Assembly (NCBI GenBank): GCA_937894085.1 | Contig: CALCSG010000157.1 | Span: 1-57,212 of the forward strand | Direction of reading: 5' to 3' | DNA length: 57,212 nucleotides | Source of the DNA: an uncultured Gammaproteobacteria bacterium | Lineage (GTDB): Bacteria > Pseudomonadota > Gammaproteobacteria > GCA-001735895 | In this document: positions 53,474-57,212 of the stretch, in pieces | Position numbering within the stretch: the first letter of the stretch is position 1 | How the letters are laid out: each line of letters starts with the position of its first letter | Position numbers and translations under genes: made by a program | Notes under the pieces: generated by a model | Seen by the model: only the letters and a program-made list of their open reading frames with translations | Database searches by the model: none | Told to the model about the DNA's origin: nothing

Positions 53474-54325
53474 TTAACTGCCGGGACATACAAATGTGCT
53501 CACATACCATGCAGTCGGTTGAGTTGTAGTCCTGAAGGTAAAGTTGACTTTATGCTTTTGTAAAATAGTGTTCCCCAGTTCGCCTAATGCTTCAGCTACT
53601 TCGATTTCATTTGTATTTCTACGTATCTCATATCCTGACGCTCTATAACCACTTTGTGCATTTTTAGAAGCTGGTAGCTCGCGAACACGAATCCTTCCTT
53701 TTGCCTGTTCAGCGAGAAGCTGTTCAGCAATTAGCTGGGCCTGTTCCTTTGCCTGTGAACCCGAAGACGAGCACCAGAAAATATCAAAATCCCATTGATC
53801 CCAGGCGAATGAAGGCTGACTATCCGTTTTCTTCTGTGGCAGTTCTGCAACCTGTTCCTTGAATAGAGTTTCTTCGGAAAGAATTTTATTTATTTTTTTC
53901 TGCACAGGAGGTTCAGCTTCTTCTTCAAGAACACTTAGCAATGATGTTCTGAGTGGTTCCTCCACCATCACCACGATGAAGGCTTTAGCTGCTTCCTGTT
54001 TTTTTTCGTCTTTTTGTTCTAAAGACTCTGAAACAATATCATATATTTTCAAGTTGAATTTTTGATTACTTTCTCTCTCTTCCCGCTGTTCTTTCGACTC
54101 TCTTATGACCAGGTCCAGGTCATTCAATTTTTTATTTATAGCGAGGTCACGCGCTTTATTTTCTCTGTCAGCTACTGCCATCTGTTGTTTTAGTTCCAGA
54201 TCTCTCCTGCTTATTTCATAGTCGTTATTCTTAACCTGCGTATCCACGTATACGACAAGCAACCCAGTAGTAATAGTGACAACTGGCACAAGAATATAAT
54301 TTATAAATGATTTTATTTTTTCCAT
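53474..54325 (-). CDS. Hypothetical membrane-anchored coiled-coil protein with a C-terminal two-Cys domain
   Basis: 283-aa ORF, N-terminal TM, heptad region, DIFWC...FVC domain; GAGGAAG RBS. Confidence 0.75.
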   Translation of the reverse strand: MEKIKSFINYILVPVVTITTGLLVVYVDTQVKNNDYEISRRDLELKQQMAVADRENKARDLAINKKLNDLDLVIRESKEQREERESNQKFNLKIYDIVSESLEQKDEKKQEAAKAFIVVMVEEPLRTSLLSVLEEEAEPPVQKKINKILSEETLFKEQVAELPQKKTDSQPSFAWDQWDFDIFWCSSSGSQAKEQAQLIAEQLLAEQAKGRIRVRELPASKNAQSGYRASGYEIRRNTNEIEVAEALGELGNTILQKHKVNFTFRTTTQPTAWYVSTFVCPGS

Positions 54326-54390
54326 AATTTTCTTCCTCTTGAGATAAATTCAGGTGGATATCAATATAATTAAATTGACGAATCTCTTCA

Positions 54391-54430
54391 TATTGTGGTG
54401 GTAGGGGGAGAAACGTCCGGCTCCCCGATT
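54391..54430 (+). mobile_element. Probable degenerate group II intron 3' end (DV tail + DVI)
   Basis: TATTGTGGTGGTAGGGGGAGAAACGTCCGGCTCCCCGATT resembles, from memory, class-C-type termini TGTTGTGGGGGCTGGGGG...CCCCGGCTACCCGATT. Confidence 0.4.
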
Positions 54431-54472
54431 TTTTGATTATATATAAAATGACATATAATGGTTCTCTTCAAC

Positions 54473-54921
54473 TTAAATGACTTTATTCATGTAGACACGA
54501 ACATCATCCCGATCAATTTCGGTCCATCCTAAGTGAAGATATAGAGCTACATTTTCAGTTAGCAGGACATGTGTTGCCAGACGCAATTCTGTAAAATTTT
54601 TTTCGGTTGCTTTTTTTTCCGCGAATTTCATAAGTCCACTGCCTATACCGTGGCCCTGAAATTCAGGATGAACAGCAATGTTTGCTATTGATGTATATTC
54701 TTTTTCAAACAGTAAAGTAAGACCACCGACTATATTTCCATTATATTCAGCAATCCAGGTTGGAAAATCTCTGATTTCAATGGCATAGTCCACATCCATC
54801 GGGGAAGACGTTTGCCACTCATTCGATCATTGTAGGTAGCATAAGCAGCCTGCATACAGTTTTGCAAGCCTACTGAATCATCAGGTTCTGCTTTTCTGAT
54901 CTGCCAATCTATTTTAGACAT
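54473..54921 (-). pseudogene. GNAT acetyltransferase with a 1-nt deletion frameshift
   Basis: N-terminal half (MSKIDWQIRKAEPDD...KRLP) and C-terminal half (MDVDY...NIAVHPEFQGHGIG) are offset by 1 nt at the G4 run 54801-54804; the total of 449 nt is 3n-1. Confidence 0.85.
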
Positions 54922-55018
54922 TAATTGCAACCCTCATCGGAGTTTTTAGCCAGAACACGGCCAAGCTGAACAAAGTGGCAACCTGTCTTCTAAATAAATC
55001 ATTCTACAAATGAAATTA

Positions 55019-55654
55019 TCAGGACCCGGGTTGATCTGACTCGTCGTGCCGGCCTTTTAAAAACTCATCAGCACCTCTGGCAATAAAGCGTAACTGGGTG
55101 ACAGCTTTTTCGGTAAGCAGTTTAAGCTCCGCTGGCTTACAGTCCAGCGCATCTGCACCGGCATTAAACACCAGTATCACCATCGCTTCCGCCTGGATTT
55201 TTGCATCAGCAGTCGGGTAGTTCTGTGTCTGTTGAATATAATCTGCCAGTTCTACAATAAAAAACTGTAACTCGCGTGATACTGCCTTTCGAAAAGCCAG
55301 TGAAGTACCGGAACGTTCTCGTAGTAATAAATAAAAAACATGCGGGCTGTTATGGATGAATTCCATGAAGGTTTCTACCGAGATTTGAATGATACTGCCG
55401 CTATCTCTTATGCGTTGCCGGGCTTTTCTCATCAACTGCCTGAGCGCGACACCACCTTCATCCACCAGGGTTAAACCAAGCTCTTCCATATCTTCAAAAT
55501 GACGGTAAAAAGAATTGGGGGCAATACCTGCTTCGCGGGTCACTTCACGCAAGCTCAGGCTTGTGTAATTTCGTTCCTGACTGAGCAGGCGAAACGCTGC
55601 ATCTATAATCAATCGACGTGTTTTTTCTTTTTGCTGGGCGCGATTAGTGGTCAT
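55019..55654 (-). CDS. fabR: TetR-family fatty acid biosynthesis regulator FabR
   Basis: [51 protein letters not shown] and LLRERSGTS motifs. Confidence 0.93.
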   Translation of the reverse strand: MTTNRAQQKEKTRRLIIDAAFRLLSQERNYTSLSLREVTREAGIAPNSFYRHFEDMEELGLTLVDEGGVALRQLMRKARQRIRDSGSIIQISVETFMEFIHNSPHVFYLLLRERSGTSLAFRKAVSRELQFFIVELADYIQQTQNYPTADAKIQAEAMVILVFNAGADALDCKPAELKLLTEKAVTQLRFIARGADEFLKGRHDESDQPGS

Positions 55655-55755
55655 TTATAGCCATCCATTTTAGTGAACCTTATCATAATTACAAAGTTAA
55701 ACTAACAGCTGTATTGAATTTGTCATTATGAATTATAAATAATTCTACCCTTAAA

Positions 55756-55782
55756 TATAATTTGAGCGTACACTTGTACTCC
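55756..55782 (+). promoter_or_regulatory. -10 box (TATAAT) followed by FabR operator
   Basis: TATAAT 55756-55761; AGCGTACACTTGTACTCC 55765-55782 matches the palindrome AGCGTACACGTGTACGCT at 15/18. Confidence 0.8.
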
Positions 55783-55803
55783 AAATAGTTTAAAATTACT
55801 TTT

Positions 55804-56931
55804 ATGCAAAAACCTAAACTCATCTGGCTTAATGTAATTGTCTTCAGCCTGACCGCTCTTATTACCCTGCTGGGCGTTCCTGCCTATGCTTTTTTTCATG
55901 GTTTTGATGGCTGGCAGATTGCCGCCATGCTTTTAGGAATAGGGTTTTGCGAAATATCCATTACCGCCGGTTATCATCGATTATGGTCTCATAGAGCATA
56001 TGAAGCCCACTGGCTTACCCGATTAGTTCTAGCTATTGGCGGTACTTATGCCACCCAAAACAGCATTTTGCACTGGGTGTCGGATCACCGCAGACATCAT
56101 CAATATGTCGATGATAATAAAAAAGATCCTTACTCCGCAAAACTTGGATTCTGGTATTCACACATTGGATGGATGCTGCGTGATTATAATACCGACTTCG
56201 ATCCCCACTACAATAACTGCCGGGACCTGCAGAAGGACCCCATCGTCATGTGGCAACATCGTCATTACCTGCCGCTGGTACTGGGTATTAATTTTGGTAT
56301 TCCTATATTGTTAGGCTTATGGCATGGTGATTTGCTGGGAATGCTTCTACTCGCCGGAGTAGCACGTCTGGCAATCTCCCATCACCTGACTTTTTTTATC
56401 AATTCACTGGCTCATGTCTGGGGTAAACAACCCTATACCGATCTCAACAGCTCGAGGGATAATGGCGTTATTGCATTGCTTACCATGGGTGAGGGATATC
56501 ATAACTATCACCACTGCTTTCAACGTGATTACCGTAATGGAATTCGCTGGTGGCAATTCGACCCTACCAAGTGGTTGATACGCGGTCTGGCCTGGTTGGG
56601 GCTTGCAAAAAATCTTTATCGAACTCCGATCGAACGCATCGAAACATTAAGAGCTCAAATGCTGCTTACCACGACTACGCGAAAGCTGGCGCATTCGCCA
56701 CATGCAGAAACCTTAATCCTTCGTCTTCAGTATGAGTATGAAACACTGATAAGCCGAATTAACGAGTTCTCCAGGGCTAAAAAACAGTGGATAGATGCAA
56801 GCAGGGCCTCCGTTATGGAGGAATTGGAAGGGTATGATCTGGAAAACCTGAAAAAGAGAGTTGAGATACTCAAAGCCAATTTTTTGCATCAGAAAAAGCA
56901 CTGGCAGGTGTTGAATGCTAGTATAGCCTGA
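55804..56931 (+). CDS. Delta-9 acyl-CoA/acyl-lipid desaturase (OLE1-like)
   Basis: His boxes HRLWSH, HRRHH and HNYHH; FFINSLAH, DYRNG..WWQFDPTKW; C-terminal coiled coil. Confidence 0.95.
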   Translation: MQKPKLIWLNVIVFSLTALITLLGVPAYAFFHGFDGWQIAAMLLGIGFCEISITAGYHRLWSHRAYEAHWLTRLVLAIGGTYATQNSILHWVSDHRRHHQYVDDNKKDPYSAKLGFWYSHIGWMLRDYNTDFDPHYNNCRDLQKDPIVMWQHRHYLPLVLGINFGIPILLGLWHGDLLGMLLLAGVARLAISHHLTFFINSLAHVWGKQPYTDLNSSRDNGVIALLTMGEGYHNYHHCFQRDYRNGIRWWQFDPTKWLIRGLAWLGLAKNLYRTPIERIETLRAQMLLTTTTRKLAHSPHAETLILRLQYEYETLISRINEFSRAKKQWIDASRASVMEELEGYDLENLKKRVEILKANFLHQKKHWQVLNASIA

Positions 56932-57077
56932 ACAATCTTCTGAGTTTATTCAATATTAACAATGTTTTCTAAGTCGGGATTTGAATAAATACAAACGTAA
57001 AAACAAAATACTATCTGCCTGTGTCAGCCAGAAACCCCGTAATGAGTAGCCTCTGTTGACAATGTTAAATAAACGCC

Positions 57078-57140
57078 GCAAACACCAGAAGCAAAACCAA
57101 AGCAGTATAATAGCGTTGGTTTTGACTTCTGAGGGTTTGC
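57078..57140. repeat. Long imperfect hairpin downstream of the desaturase
   Basis: GCAAACACCAGAAGCAAAACCAAAGC (57078-57103) pairs with GCGTTGGTTTTGACTTCTGAGGGTTTGC (57113-57140). Confidence 0.6.
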
Positions 57141-57212
57141 TTTGTTATTTGTTACAGCTTAAACAGCAACAACTTTATTTGCACATGGACCTTTCTGACC
57201 CTGACCCACTTC

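Noticed and set aside
52880-54960. Intact attC sites around the DksA-like, hypothetical and GNAT genes
   Set aside because: Only isolated AAC/GTT-like half sites; no complete R''-L''-L'-R' pairing could be built by eye

Overview
Chromosomal, mostly housekeeping window from a Gammaproteobacterium; the AT-rich spacers and gene complement suggest an environmental lineage (inference). It contains yraN-lpoA-rsmI-rnpB, a full dcw cluster (mraZ to ftsZ, with murB inside and no lpxC after ftsZ), srkA, valS, holC-pepA-lptFG-RDD, xerD, cnoX/ybbN, parE/parC, an RND pump pair whose permease carries one in-frame TAG, polyphosphate glucokinase, a DksA/TraR paralogue, a frameshifted GNAT, and fabR divergent from a delta-9 desaturase with a clear FabR operator. 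The most unusual signal is in the spacers, which hold several families of structured non-coding repeats. (i) A double-hairpin unit (ATGGA[C/T/A] loop plus GCAGGAGCA loop) with compensatory stem changes is arrayed about 6 times upstream of xerD and occurs once more beside the porin terminator. (ii) Inverted arms are built from 9-bp periodic CACGAAG or CGCAAAG units. (iii) There is a probable group II intron 3' remnant. Several small accessory proteins are also unexplained: a secreted triple-motif peptide, a soluble Cache-like protein, a lipoprotein cytochrome, and an internally duplicated helical protein. All product calls come from motif recognition by eye; no searches were run.
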